Notes: generated by a model from the sequence alone, not told the origin. Counted from the whole stretch's first letter, positions 38,781 through 51,339 are shown. The stretch: 61,465 nt of DNA, filler included, from Sluysia triapertura (GCA_046118255.1; 5 parts of 5 records of this genome joined end to end with filler, not necessarily neighbours in it), one strand, 5' to 3'. Translations and numbers: made by a program.

Positions 38781-39265
38781 ATATATATTACATAGTGTAT
38801 TTGGTAAAATAATTTCAAGCCATTTTCGAAACATTTATGTATTACTAAGTTATAATAAATGCACTGAGCAAAAATTTCAAACATTAGCTTTTATAAATTT
38901 TAGCATTTAAGTAAAGAAATGAAACGTGAATAGATGATCTCCATGCTAAGAAAATTCAATATTATATAAGTGAGTTGTTTAAAAATAGGGTACAACCATA
39001 AAAGTTCTGTTAGAATTGCAATTGATGCAGTTTCTCAAATCGAAAAGTTCGGAAAACCCTGATTTACTGCACCAAAACACATCAAAATACAATTATTACT
39101 ACTTAAGCGATTTAACTATATTTATTTTTCGTTGAATAAGAGGCACGTAAGTAAATTTAGTTTATCTAAAAACTTCAATAAATGTTGTGAAGCTTGTTGT
39201 AATCATTTTATTAATTTAAGTATGAATTTAATTTTCTGCAATTTTACTTTAAATATTAGCACAAC

Positions 39266-40575
39266 CTGTAACCACGAACCACGATAAGCAAATACTTGAT
39301 CTATATTGGCAAAAGCTCCTTTAACCTTATCAGGAATTAAAGTAACGGCCAATTCAGATCTAGAATTATGAAAAGTAAAATGTCGCCCCAGCTTCAGTCT
39401 ATCTGGAATTATACAACTTGACATCAATCTTGCTGCATCTATACTCAGACGAATGTAGATGCTGTTCGGATAACAAGCTGGAAATAATTCTAATGCACCA
39501 GAAACTTCTTGTTGTAAACCAAAAAAAGGATCATTTGTAAAATTGGCTTCTTTTTCATTTTTTAATTCATCTAAATGTTAAAACAATATTTATTTTCATT
39601 ATAAACAACTAAACATATATTTATTTTTAATAAGAAAATAAGTACCTTGATCAATTTCGTAACCAACAACATCAATAATACTGTCACTTTCGGTAGAATT
39701 GACACCATCAGATATTTTATTTGATTGACCACAACACCAAAAAACTTCTGTTGTAAATCCACTTAACGTGCTACCTTTATTATTATATTCTGATGCTTCA
39801 CTCAGAGTTGGATTAAGAGTTAAAATAGTTTCTACGCGTCTAGTATCAGTAACCATTAACCAACCACCAGTTTCATGATAACACTGCATTTTTTCTAGTA
39901 CTTCTAATCCACTTCTTTTTCTAACTAAATCAAGCTCTTTCTCGCATATACCAACAATCTTTATAGTTAATATTTACAAATTATTGAACAAACTTGTAAA
40001 AAATCAACCCAACCATGAGGTGTATCAATTCTTGGTAATTGTGGATCAGACACAACTAGCATATGTGTTATATATGAATCACTATTTTCGAACCCTTTTT
40101 CAGACAATTCCACCTTCACATCTTCAAGTGGTTTACCCCATGGAATATGATCACCAGGTGCAAATTTCATTTGAGACCGAAATAAATATCTGGAAAGACT
40201 TTGTAAAATTAAAGCAGGCCATAAAGGTGGTGTGGTTTCATTATATTTTTTAAGCCTAAAAGTTAATTCAAAACCAAACCCACTTGGTTCATATAAATTA
40301 ATATGTTGATCGTGTAAACGACAATCACCATATAAATCGGATAATCCATAAGAAATATAATGCCAATGTGGAGGCGAATCTACTTTAGAATCATTACTAA
40401 TAAATCCTGGATTTTCGTACATACTAATATAATCAAGAGGGTCTGGTCCGCCTAACCAAAATTTTTGAACAGCCGTTACTTGAGGAGGAGTTGGTTGTGT
40501 AGGATATAACCTATAACAACAATCATATATAGCTTGAATACCAGAAGAACTGTTATCATCATGAATACTTGCCAT
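39266..40575 (-). CDS. SUFU: Suppressor of fused homolog. Exons 40575-39994, 39958-39646, 39570-39266; terminal exon(s) unresolved
   Basis: FWLGGPDPLDYISMY, PHWHYISYGLSDLYGD, PSGFGFELTFRLK, DPQLPRIDTPHGWVDFLQ|IVGIC, GGWLMVTDTRR, GSTLSG, RLKLGRHFTF, GAFA...GSWLQ. GT-AG introns of 35 and 75 nt in compatible phase. Confidence 0.93.
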
Positions 40576-41732
40576 TTTTAAAATCAGTATATTAATCTAT
40601 ATAGTTTAGCAATAATTCAACATAAAATTCAGAGACTAAAGCTACAATAAGTTTATTCATGCATCTTAAATAGTTTCATTTGTAAATGTAATCATACATA
40701 AAAAATTTGTTCATTCTTTATACATAAGAACATTTATATAATACTTCAAAAAAACAATTTAAATGTACTTAAATAAAAATATATTTCAATTTTATGGATG
40801 AAAAATTCAAGAAATAAATTTTAATTATTTTAAAAATAGAATTATGGTTTACAGAGTATATAAAAATGTAAAAAAATTAAAAATTAGTTCAGCATATAAG
40901 TCACTCAAAGTAAAAAATTGCAATTATTGGAAATATAATGAAGTGCGTACGTTGTGTATGCCATAGAGCTAATATAAACGATTTTTTGCACTCCTTAAAA
41001 CATATCATAAAGATCATGTGTTAGCATCCCGGTTAATTTATAATATTGTTAATTTGAAGTTAAGTATAGATTTCGTGTATATACTAAAAGTTGCATAGAG
41101 AACATATGATTAATATTATTAAAACATTGTCGTAGTGTTCTTAACTCATGATATTCGGCCAAAATTTTTTTAACAGTATGCAGTTACAGTATATATTCTT
41201 ATGACGTGAAGTGGGTGTATCTGTGATGTAAATGACAATTTTCATGCGTAAATAACTTTTATAACGTATACTTAACGCATTATTGAATTTAACTGGTGGT
41301 CCTATCTAATGAATTGATTTTACTTTAGTGTTTTCAATTTAAGCAGAATTATTTCTTACTACTGCTTTTATTAAGTTACAATATTGTTACCGCAGTCTGT
41401 CACAAACAGCTAATGAAATAATATTTATTTAGATGGTCTTATTATGAAATTTATTTACATAATTTTATTGAACTTTTCGTCTTTAATAATTAATCAAATA
41501 GTACAAAATGATTATAAAAAATAAAATTTAGTATATAAATAAGAAATAGACGTTAGAGATTAACTAGAATAAAAGTGTTACAATTTTAAATTAAACCGTT
41601 GTTGGCCTCTTAATTTTTTGTTGTTAATTTTAAAAAGAATGTAAACCTCATTAGATCGGGAATATAAATATTAATTATAAATAAATTTAAGCCATTTTAA
41701 AGATCTTACTCATGGGAGTAAAATCATCTTAA

Positions 41733-41807
41733 CACGTTGGCACACACGTTTGTCCTCATCATTCATTAAAAACAAAAAATTGGCGGCTATAGCGCACTTT
41801 GCGGCAA
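41733..41807. mobile_element. Short TTAA-associated dispersed repeat, copy 2
   Basis: Starts TTAA-CACGTT and is the reverse complement of 18655-18732. Confidence 0.55.
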
Positions 41808-43228
41808 TAATAAACATTCTAATTTTTTAAAATCTAAGATCATCTTAATAAACAGCAAATTATTGTTGAAATATATTCATTCTTTGTTAATATAAATAAA
41901 ATCGTTCTTTGACTCTTTTGGATTATGATTGTGTATTTAAATTGAGAAACTGCAATGAACTGATGCCAGTATTTATATATAAGTAATCAGCAAATCAAAA
42001 TTAATGAAATTTCTCGAAAATTCCAGAATGTTATTTTTCTTTAAGAAATTTACCGATTTTAATTGATTTAATTGATTTTAAAGGGTTATGACGACAGCCT
42101 AACAATATATTGAATTACATTATTAATTAAATAAATTAAAAATAGTAAAAATGATTTAAGTGTATAACTTAGTGAAGAAAAACCATTAAACAACTATTTT
42201 GAAATGATTTTATTAATTAAAAGAATAAATTTTATTTGTTCGGTTTTCTATCTACTCAAACAATTATAAAAAGAAATTTAATAAGCTTGGTCCGCGTACG
42301 TTAAACGATTTATCTTACCTAGAAGGACGCTTACGTAGGATTTAAAGCTGTCAAAAAACTGAAGGTCAGAAAAAGCTTTTTTATGCGTGTAAGGTTGATA
42401 GTTATCTTATTTAATAACTATGCTCTTTATCTTCTTAATCTTTTAATTAATTTACCTCCCAAAGTATATCTTTAACTGAAAAACTCTTGTCTACGTAATA
42501 ATTTTATTTTGTAATCACGTTTCCAAGTTTTTAAACTTTTAATTTATATCTTACTTTTTCTTTACTACTTCAAAATTTTATTAAATCCTAATTATCTATA
42601 TTTTACTTGCAAAAATAAATAAAACAAAATATACGTGAACTTTTATTATCAAATAATTTTTTATTAAATATACAAAATTCAAATAATAGTATAATTTATA
42701 AAGTATACTCAAACACTACTCAAAATATAATAAAAATACAACTTTAAAAATTTACTGTAAGATTTTAACCAGAAGTTACGTTTGGGTTTCACTATAAAAT
42801 ATTATAATGAATTTAAGTAGGAATTTAAGACCGTACAAACCGGGTCAAAAACTTAACAACAAAAGCTTACGTAATCTCCGATAATATAGAAAAAGCTGGC
42901 TGCTAATTTCTTTGTCGTAATAATTGTCAATCTCCGACTTGCTTATTCCAGAAATCAAAAGTTTTGCTGATAAACGGATTTGAATGTTCCACGAGAAATC
43001 AAATATTAAAATTGTGCATTAACTGTTCCAAAATGAATTTTTTAAAACTTTTCTTTAATATAGTGTCTTCATAACCTTAAATTAAATTAAATTAAATTGA
43101 ACCTTTTATACCTTTTTTAAATTCCTACGTTAATGACTGATTGATGAATATTATTAAATTTCCGTTTAGATTTTAAATATTTATTAATTTATTTAAATAT
43201 CCGTTGATATAATAGATTGTTTATAAAT

Positions 43229-43381
43229 AATCCGTTTTTACAATTAGATGATTTATAAAACTGAATATAAATAATTCTTTGATATCCGTTTTTTACAATT
43301 AAATGATTTATAAAACTAAATATAAATAATTCTTTGATATCCGTTTTTACAATTAAATGATTTATAAAACTGAATATAAAT
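43229..43381. repeat. Minisatellite, ~54-55-bp unit, about 3 copies
   Basis: ATCCGTTTTTACAATTA(G/A)ATGATTTATAAAACT(G/A)AATATAAATAA recurs at ~43229, ~43283 and ~43339. Confidence 0.85.
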
Positions 43382-43743
43382 AAAAATTTTAACTTTTATT
43401 AATTTTATTATTTTACAGATTAACAGAAATTAATTATTTACAAAACTATATTTACACTTTTTAATTTTATTAATTTTACAGATTAATATAAAATAATTTA
43501 TTTACAGATATGAAAATATACTGATTTTATTATTTACAAATTGAAAATAACACATAAGTAATAAGTCAATAATCCTCTTTATCACCAAAACTTCTTTAAT
43601 TTTAAAATTACATAAATATTTCAAATAACAATCTAAGTAGGCATACTAGAATACTTAAAGGATATCCTAGTCGCTTAAAATTGTTATATTCATTATATTT
43701 AAGATAATAGTAACATAGTAAGTAGCACGCAACTAATATAGTG

Positions 43744-44073
43744 TCAGTAGTCCTCTGTAATCACCAGCACTTCTTTAATTTTAAATGGTTTTAAACAATC
43801 AAATTCAAAATCATGGATATTGAACATGTAATGTACCACGTAATCTACTGCTCGACCAACTACATCATGCCTCCTTACGAACATTACTAGTCGACCACCA
43901 TTATCACCAGTAGCCACAGATTTTTTGGGTTCATCAATTTCAAGAATGATTGTGATATCAGGATCATTAAAATGTTCCTTTGTTTCATCTTTCACTCGAG
44001 GGAAGTACCATTCCATATCTAGTATTAATTCTTCGTCTGGCACATCGCTTGAATGAACTTGCATTTCAAACAT
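43744..44073 (-). CDS. 109-aa ORF resembling only the N-terminus of PP2A regulatory subunit B55 (PPP2R2 family); truncated paralog or pseudogene
   Basis: DMEWYFPRVK...PDITIILEI...VATGDNGGRLVMF...DYVVHYMFNIHDFEFDCLKPFKIKE parallels B55 as I recall it: DIQWCFSQVK...ADIISTVEF...LATGDKGGRVVIF...[25 protein letters not shown]. Confidence 0.7.
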   Translation of the reverse strand: MFEMQVHSSDVPDEELILDMEWYFPRVKDETKEHFNDPDITIILEIDEPKKSVATGDNGGRLVMFVRRHDVVGRAVDYVVHYMFNIHDFEFDCLKPFKIKEVLVITEDY

Positions 44074-44212
44074 AGTGAATCAATGAACCATCGTGACAAT
44101 AATTTTTAAAAAAATTTGAATTTCTATTTTTGTCTTTTTGGATGGTTGTCTGCCTATTTATATGCTACACATGTGTTACGGCACTATGAATTTAATTGGC
44201 CGTTGTGTGTAT

Positions 44213-44335
44213 ATTATTACTATAATTATCATCATAATCATCGTCATTATTGTCATCATTATCATCATATTCATTGTGATCATTACTATATATATGATCA
44301 TCATAATTGTAATTATTATTATCATCACTACTACT
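44213..44335. repeat. Degenerate (ATC/ATT)n trinucleotide tract
   Basis: Seen directly. It explains three overlapping low-complexity ORFs. Confidence 0.85.
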
Positions 44336-46694
44336 GCCAGTTTTATAAGTTGTAGTAATTAACACTAAAAAACAACATATAATTCTATATTTCTTCTTTG
44401 GCATTACCATTAACACTTATCTAGTTATCTTTTATTGCAATTCATGAATTGTTTCTATTGACATAAAACAAGTCCAGTAACTTTTTAGAAAATCTATCAA
44501 ACTTCATGATAAAGACAAATTCATTAATTAAAAAACGAATTAATACTACACAGATATTGGTGCTTCTACTTTGACCTCACACAGCAAACCACCAACCCGA
44601 GCACCCCGCCCAACAATGGCAACAGCAACAGCAATAATAACAATAACAATCAGCAACCACAACCACAAAGACACTCCAAAAAAGATGAAACCTAACCTCA
44701 AATGCCAAATCAAGTCTAGATAGCAGAATGTTTCAAAATCTCGAAATCATAAATAAAATAAACAAATATAATAAGTATAATTAATGTTAATAAATCTATA
44801 AAAATTCATCTACGGAAATCTAGCGAAGATCCAAATCATTCTGTTAAATTTTTTCTCAAATACTGCCTTCTTCTTCAGTTACATTGTCTTCATTATGCTA
44901 TTATTCGTTACTTCAGGCAGCTGTTTGTGCCTTATTTCTTGGCTTCGAAAAGCTGGTATGAACCCCAAATTCACTTGTTGTCGCTATCAATCGATCCAGA
45001 CTACTTGCTACCTCAGTCAGACGACGGTTAAGACTGTAAAACTCTTCAACTCTTGATCTGGACAATAATCAATTACTACTTTCATTAGCATTATATTTCC
45101 GTCTGATGTTTGGATTCGATTGGAATGCTTCTGTTTTTAAAATGAATTGCCTTTAAACAAAATCTGACCATAAATGCGTTAATATACGTTAGCAGAAATT
45201 AATAGGAACTTGAGTTAATTCTCTAATACGAACCTTAACAACACTAAATCGCATGAAAAAAGGTAAAAATTGAAAAATCTTGAGACACTAGAAAAGGATA
45301 GTGCATCATAATGATAATAAAAATGACAATGAACACTGAGTTTAATATTTTGATTAAAAAATGTTAATAGAAGAAATTTTACTAGCAATTTGTGATTTTA
45401 TAATGATAAGTAGTGTAATCTTGTGAATTATATGTGTAAAATTTTCCATGTTGCAAATTTTTGAGTTGAGGTTTATGTAGATGGTTTAAGTGATGTGTAG
45501 GCAGGTGTGGGCTGGCCCACCACACTACAATTCAACGTTTATTAAAAACAGCTCAATTCACAAGTTCTCACCATTCAAACCACAATTTGCATCTCAAACC
45601 ATCAATATACATTTCAAATTCATTTAAATTTCATTTTATTCTTTGTCTAACAAAATTAGAATAAGAAAATTTCAAATAAATTTAATTTTTACCAATTTCA
45701 AAAGAATTATGTCGAGAAATAAGAATCATTTAAAGACAGCTCATGTACCAAGATAATAAATTATTGCCTTATTTCTGATTTGATTCTTAAGAGTTTAATT
45801 TTGGGATAACAATTATTAATATTAAGAAGATTATTGAAGGGTTATTTTTGATTTAGTGAGTGTATAATAGTTGATATTTCGTAATTAATTAAATTGATAC
45901 CGATTTAAATTAATTAATAATTTGAAAGACGCAACAAATTTACTTAATAAGTTTCACAACCCTTTGGTTAAGGTGTTGTTTATAAAGCAAATTTAATATT
46001 TCAAAGCAGAAAATAAGTAACTCAAACTTAATTCAATATATTACTTATCTCAAAAGTGTACAGTTCAATTATGAATCGCAAGAATAGAGACAATGTAATA
46101 ATAATAATAACGATTTTATAATTCAATTTTAAATTGATTATTTTGTGATTTTGAATATAAATTACCCAACCCTCATTAAGGTGTTGGTACAAAAATAATA
46201 TTAAAGATTTTAAGTATAATTTAGTATTCCCAATTTATGGTGAATACAAAAACTTAATAACAAAAAATTACTTAGTCGACATGGATCTTCAAAATAATAA
46301 TAATTGGATTTTTCTTCCTAACTGCTGAGTCTTGTTTTTGTAATTATGTTGAAAATTCCTGATCTATTTATACTAAGCTGTATCGGCCATTTTAACTTAT
46401 CTAAACATTTTAATGTTTTAAATAATTATTTAATTTCTTTTTTCCTGTCCTAAATTTCCTCAATGAAATAATTTTAATAATTTCAAAATTCTTGAAACCT
46501 AAATAAATAATTTTAAATAATTTAATATTTAAACAAAAAACTAACCTTTTTTAAACAAAATTATATTTGATTTTATCTTAATATATTTAATATTTTTAAA
46601 ATGTTTTTCAATATTTAATGTAATAAAAATAATAATATTTAAATGTTTTAATATTTACATATGAAACACAAAACGTAAATAAAAATATATCTGA

Positions 46695-46696
<2 letters not shown>

Positions 46697-46749
<53 letters not shown>
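46697..46749. repeat. (ATT)n microsatellite
   Basis: Seen directly in the sequence. Confidence 0.95.
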
Positions 46750-47179
46750 TAATTTATATTGTAACTGCCAGCAACTGACAGTTTTAATTAAATATTACTG
46801 TATCTACCCAATTTATTGTCAATTGCTGACAGTTATTCACCTGTCCAATCGACATGAAAAATATCAAGTTGAAACCATGTACTACATTTAACTCAGTACC
46901 CAATCAGCAAGGCTTTCTTATATACTTACTAAGGTCTTAAATGATCTAAAGGTTCCAAAGTTCAAAGGTATCTCAATGTCTCCAAAAGTTCTTCAAGTCC
47001 ATCTCAAGATTTCAAAAGGTCTCAAACCCTTACATAGGTCTTTGGAACCTCAAGATATTCTTTAGCTGTTAAGATTATTATTAATGTTTTCTCTTTCATG
47101 ATTCTTATTTCAACAATATTTATAATGTTCAATAGATCACTTGCTGTAACTAAAATATCTGTAACTAAAATATGTCTAA

Positions 47180-47590
47180 ATTAAAATCGTTAAAGTCGGT
47201 TCAAATGCAACAACATGCTATACCATTACTGCTTAAACATAACGACGTTATTGGTTTATTTGAAACCGGCAGTGAAAAAACAGTGATTTAACAATTCTTA
47301 GATTATGGTCAACCATTAATGTATGTAATGATTTTGATTCCTGCAGTCGAATTAGTAATACAAGAGTATGGTGAATTAATGAAGATGAATGAAGGATTAA
47401 ATCTGAAAATAATGCTTTTAGCCGAGGTATAGGTATGACTTATCAATTAACGGAACACAAAATTTCTGATTTTGACATTGTTAGTAGCAACTTCTGGTCG
47501 AATTTTAATGATGCTTCATCACACTAGCCAAATTAAAGATATTTGCTATCCTTTTCATTATTTAGTAATTGACACGGCATATAATTATTG
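47180..47590 (+). pseudogene. Decayed DEAD-box RNA helicase fragment
   Basis: Motifs in correct order: QQHAIPLLLKHNDVIGLFETGSEKT (Q motif and I), MILIPAVELVIQ (Ia), VATSGRI (Ib), YLVIDTAY (II). Contains stops and frameshifts. Confidence 0.7.
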
Positions 47591-47975
47591 TTAATAAGAA
47601 ATCACAATATCATAAAAATGTTGATGATGACATTCAACAACATTATGCTAAGCAAAATTCAACGTACTGAAAAATCAGCTACCGCATAATATCAAATCAC
47701 CTAAAGTTAAATCCCATTCTAATGACTGAGTCCAAGATTCCTTAAAAATATGTTCTGAAAACCATTGTATCCTTCACAACACAAAGGTCCACGACTAATC
47801 ACACTGAAAAATTGGATACATCTTATATACAAAAAGAAAAATATTAACATATATCAAAATAAAGCTAAGACAGTAATCACAAATAAAATATGAACATTCT
47901 CCCTATGTTGGGGCAAAAGGCCCTAAAAGTGCCATTTGGTAAAATTGAATTTAATTAAAATGAAATTGTTAGACG

Positions 47976-48046
47976 GGGCTGATAGCTCAGTGGTAGAGCT
48001 TCGACTGCTCAGACGATGGTCCCGGGTTCGATCCCCGGTCAGTCCA
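47976..48046 (+). ncRNA. tRNA-like (pseudo-tRNA or SINE head) unit, copy 2, within repeat 47906-48063
   Basis: Acceptor stem GGGCTGA/TCAGTCC, D arm GCTC/GAGC, T arm CCGGG-TTCGATC-CCCGG, then TTTT. Anticodon arm is non-canonical. Confidence 0.75.
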
Positions 48047-48815
48047 TTTTACGAAGTCTAACAAAAGGACTATTAAATGATTAGGGAATATGTGATTTAG
48101 ATTGGAAATTTTGCTATTTACTTAATGAGTTAAGAATTTATTATGATTAAAAACAAACAAAGTGAAAATGACAAAAAATAAATATTCAAAATTGTTATGA
48201 AACCTAACTGTATAAACTACTATTATTTGTATAGCTTTCTTTCGATACATCAAACGTACCAACTTTGATGAATACTTATTCACACTATCAGTGGATATAT
48301 ATAAAATTAAATATAAAATTTTAAAATTAAAGTTATAAAATGTAAAGAGACATTAGTGAGGGCTTCAGATTAATTGCAAAATCAACAAAACTAATGTAAA
48401 CAAAATTTAAACTTTAACTCTTAAATTAAATGATTTAACAAACAGTCTAGAATTAAGTACTTTTAAAAACGGTGAAAAATTTTAATAACAAAATTAATTT
48501 TATTTTATGAAAGATCAACACAATAAAAATAACAAGCATTAAATTCAAATGGGATAACATTTACAGTTCTTTTGTTTTTTCTTGAATATAAAATACAGAG
48601 TTTGTATGATCTTTTGGTAGGTTATTCACTATATTAAGATACTGATTAATAACCCACTAATATTTCTAAGAACTCTACGTTTTAAATATAATATTGTATC
48701 ATCAGTATTAATGTATACTAAAATTTTTAAGCATTTTCATAAATTATTAATAATTCTTTTTAATTATTCATGAAAAAATTATTTATCATTAATTTCTTTA
48801 CCAAGAAAACAACTA

Positions 48816-50387
48816 CAGTGAGGTTCCGATTATCTGTGCTTGGATTATCCGTGGATAATATTTAGAAAGTGCTTAATTATTTAAATAAAATATGCATCTA
48901 TTTATTTGCTATTGATTTACAGGTACGTATTGTTTATTTTTCTTTAGGTTTAAATACCTTATGGTAATTAAATTTGTAATTACAATTAATTCTTTTTAAA
49001 TATTAAATTATTTTAGAAAAATTCCCTATCGTCATGTTAAATAATCGCAAGAGTCGTACTGATTGTGAAACAAAAACTTCAGTGAAAAGGGTAAATCCAC
49101 ATCGAAAATTTCGGAAGAATACGGAATAATAACTAAGCAAAAAAGAAAGTTGGAGGAGTTTACAGAGATTGTAATAGTAATGCAGGTCCTTCAACTTGTA
49201 AAAGTTCGAAAATGTCATCATATGAAGATTTAGATACAGCTGTGCTTAAATGGTTTAATCAACAACGAGCATAGGAATGCAATTGCAGGTTCTGTAATTG
49301 CACATAAAGCCAAATTCTTTTATGATTCATTGGGATGAAAGACAACTTTAACGCATCATTTGGATGGTTAAGTAGATTTAAGAAACGTCGTGGTATCCGT
49401 GGTAACCAAGGAAAACACCTAGTCGATATGTTGACGCCGACACTAAATTTCGGATTAAATTTGAAGAATATGTTCAAACAAATGATTTGAAATCCGACCA
49501 AATATATAATGCTGACGACAGGCTTATACTGGAAATGTTTGCCTAGAAAGACACGTGCTTCGTCTAATGAATCATCGACGAACGTATCATAATTCATCTG
49601 AAGAAAGTATCATATTGCCTTGTCATCCAAATAAAAGCATACTGAAAACAGACGACGGCCTTGTAGCTGCAAAATTTTTACCACCGAATGTAACATCTTT
49701 AATTCAACCTATGGATCAAGGAATTATCTCTTTAATGAAACGCCATTATCACAATAATCTTCTTAGTAGCTTTCGCAACGAGAATGGTGATTTAATGAAT
49801 TTATGGGGAAAAATGATAATGTTAGATGCAATATATGTATCTGTTAAATCCTGGAACAAAATTAAGCCAATAATACTAGTTCAATCGTTGTTGGAAACTT
49901 TGTCAAATGCAGAAAGTATTGTTTAGGACTCTATCAAAACTGAGATCTGTAATATTTCAGAATTATGTGAACTAATGAAAAATTTAAATGGCTTTGAAAA
50001 TTTTGATGAACAAAATATTAAGAAATGGATTGAATTTGATTCATCTGATCTAGGATTCCAGATACAGAGTGACACGGATACTATTTCAAATCCAAATGAA
50101 AACTAAAGTGAGGTAGAAATATTACCAATCGTATTAGTCGATACTTTACCAGAATACGTCTATCAATGGAACCTCCACTATAACGATGTAATATCTTTAA
50201 GAAAAATTCGAGATGATATTAAATTCATTAAGAAATTCACATAAACAAAGCATAATTATCTATTTTTTAATAAAGCATTGAATGTATTTTCATTTTTTTT
50301 GTATTATATTAGCATTTATTACTATTATTTTGCGGATTATCCTCGCCGACCCTCACCATCATTAGCCCGAATTTGGGGAGTTTACTG
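48816..50387 (+). mobile_element. Tigger/pogo-family DNA transposon, decayed
   Basis: TA-CAGTG...TTTACTG termini with repeated GGATTATCC. Motifs YEDLDTAVLKWFNQQR, FNASFGWLSRFKKRRGIR, QIYNAD, FLPPNVTSLIQPMDQGII. Confidence 0.88.
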
Positions 50388-50459
50388 TGCCATTAAACGA
50401 CCCGTGATTTTCTTAAAAATATTTCTATAGCCAATTTATTACACTTTTTATAAAATTCA

Positions 50460-50559
50460 NNNNNNNNNNNNNNNNNNNNNNNNNNNNNNNNNNNNNNNNN
50501 NNNTTAATTAATTAANNNNNNNNNNNNNNNNNNNNNNNNNNNNNNNNNNNNNNNNNNNN
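50460..50559. other. Artificial contig spacer
   Basis: 44 N + TTAATTAATTAA + 44 N. Confidence 0.97.
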
Positions 50560-51339
50560 TTCATTCAAATAACTCATTACTTCTTTTTTTTACGTTTATT
50601 TGGCATGTCAGTGTCTGTACACAGTAAATTACACTCTAGGTGCTTAAAATCTTTCATTATAGTAATAAAACATATTTAAAGTTTTCAATGTATAAATTCA
50701 GATTGGGATACAAAATAACTATAATTTGTACAAATAAAAGTAGTGCAGTAGTGTTGATGAAGTGGCATTGTAGAAAGTATTACAAAAATAATTTTAATGA
50801 AAAGATTTTAATATGCGTTTGTGTTTTATGAGAGATAAGATGTGATACTGTGGGTGTTGTAAGTGCGTTTTATTTTGGTATGCATTTGTTTGTGACGAGG
50901 GTTATGTGGTCGATGATGACAGTGAGTGAAATATGTGTTGTATATTGATGGCGATGATGGATGATATGTATGTTGTGTTAAAGTATGACACAACAGTATG
51001 GTTTGACTGAGTTCATGCAAAGAACGACTTAATATTGAGCAAAGTCAAATTTTAATTAATTCTTGATTATAGAATCTTGAATTTTTGTATTGAAAAATGA
51101 TGAAAATATAATGAATTAAATATGAGATAATTGCTATGAAAGAGGAGAATCTAGAGGTAAGTTTGGAATGTCTATAGAATGGTTCGTTTGAAAATAAGAA
51201 TCTTAACCATATTTCATTAGAAAATTTGATATGAAAAACCGAAAATAAGTTTTTTACTTTATTTTGTTTTTAATTTATTTTAATTAATTTATTTTACTTC
51301 ATTTTACTTTTGGTAAATCTCCTTTCGTTTATAAAAAAT

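Noticed and set aside
43229-43381. CRISPR-like array
   Set aside because: Contiguous tandem units without unique spacers, eukaryotic context, and no cas genes.
44116-44416. His/Tyr-, Ile- and Asp/Asn-rich ORFs
   Set aside because: Translations of a degenerate ATC/ATT microsatellite in three frames.
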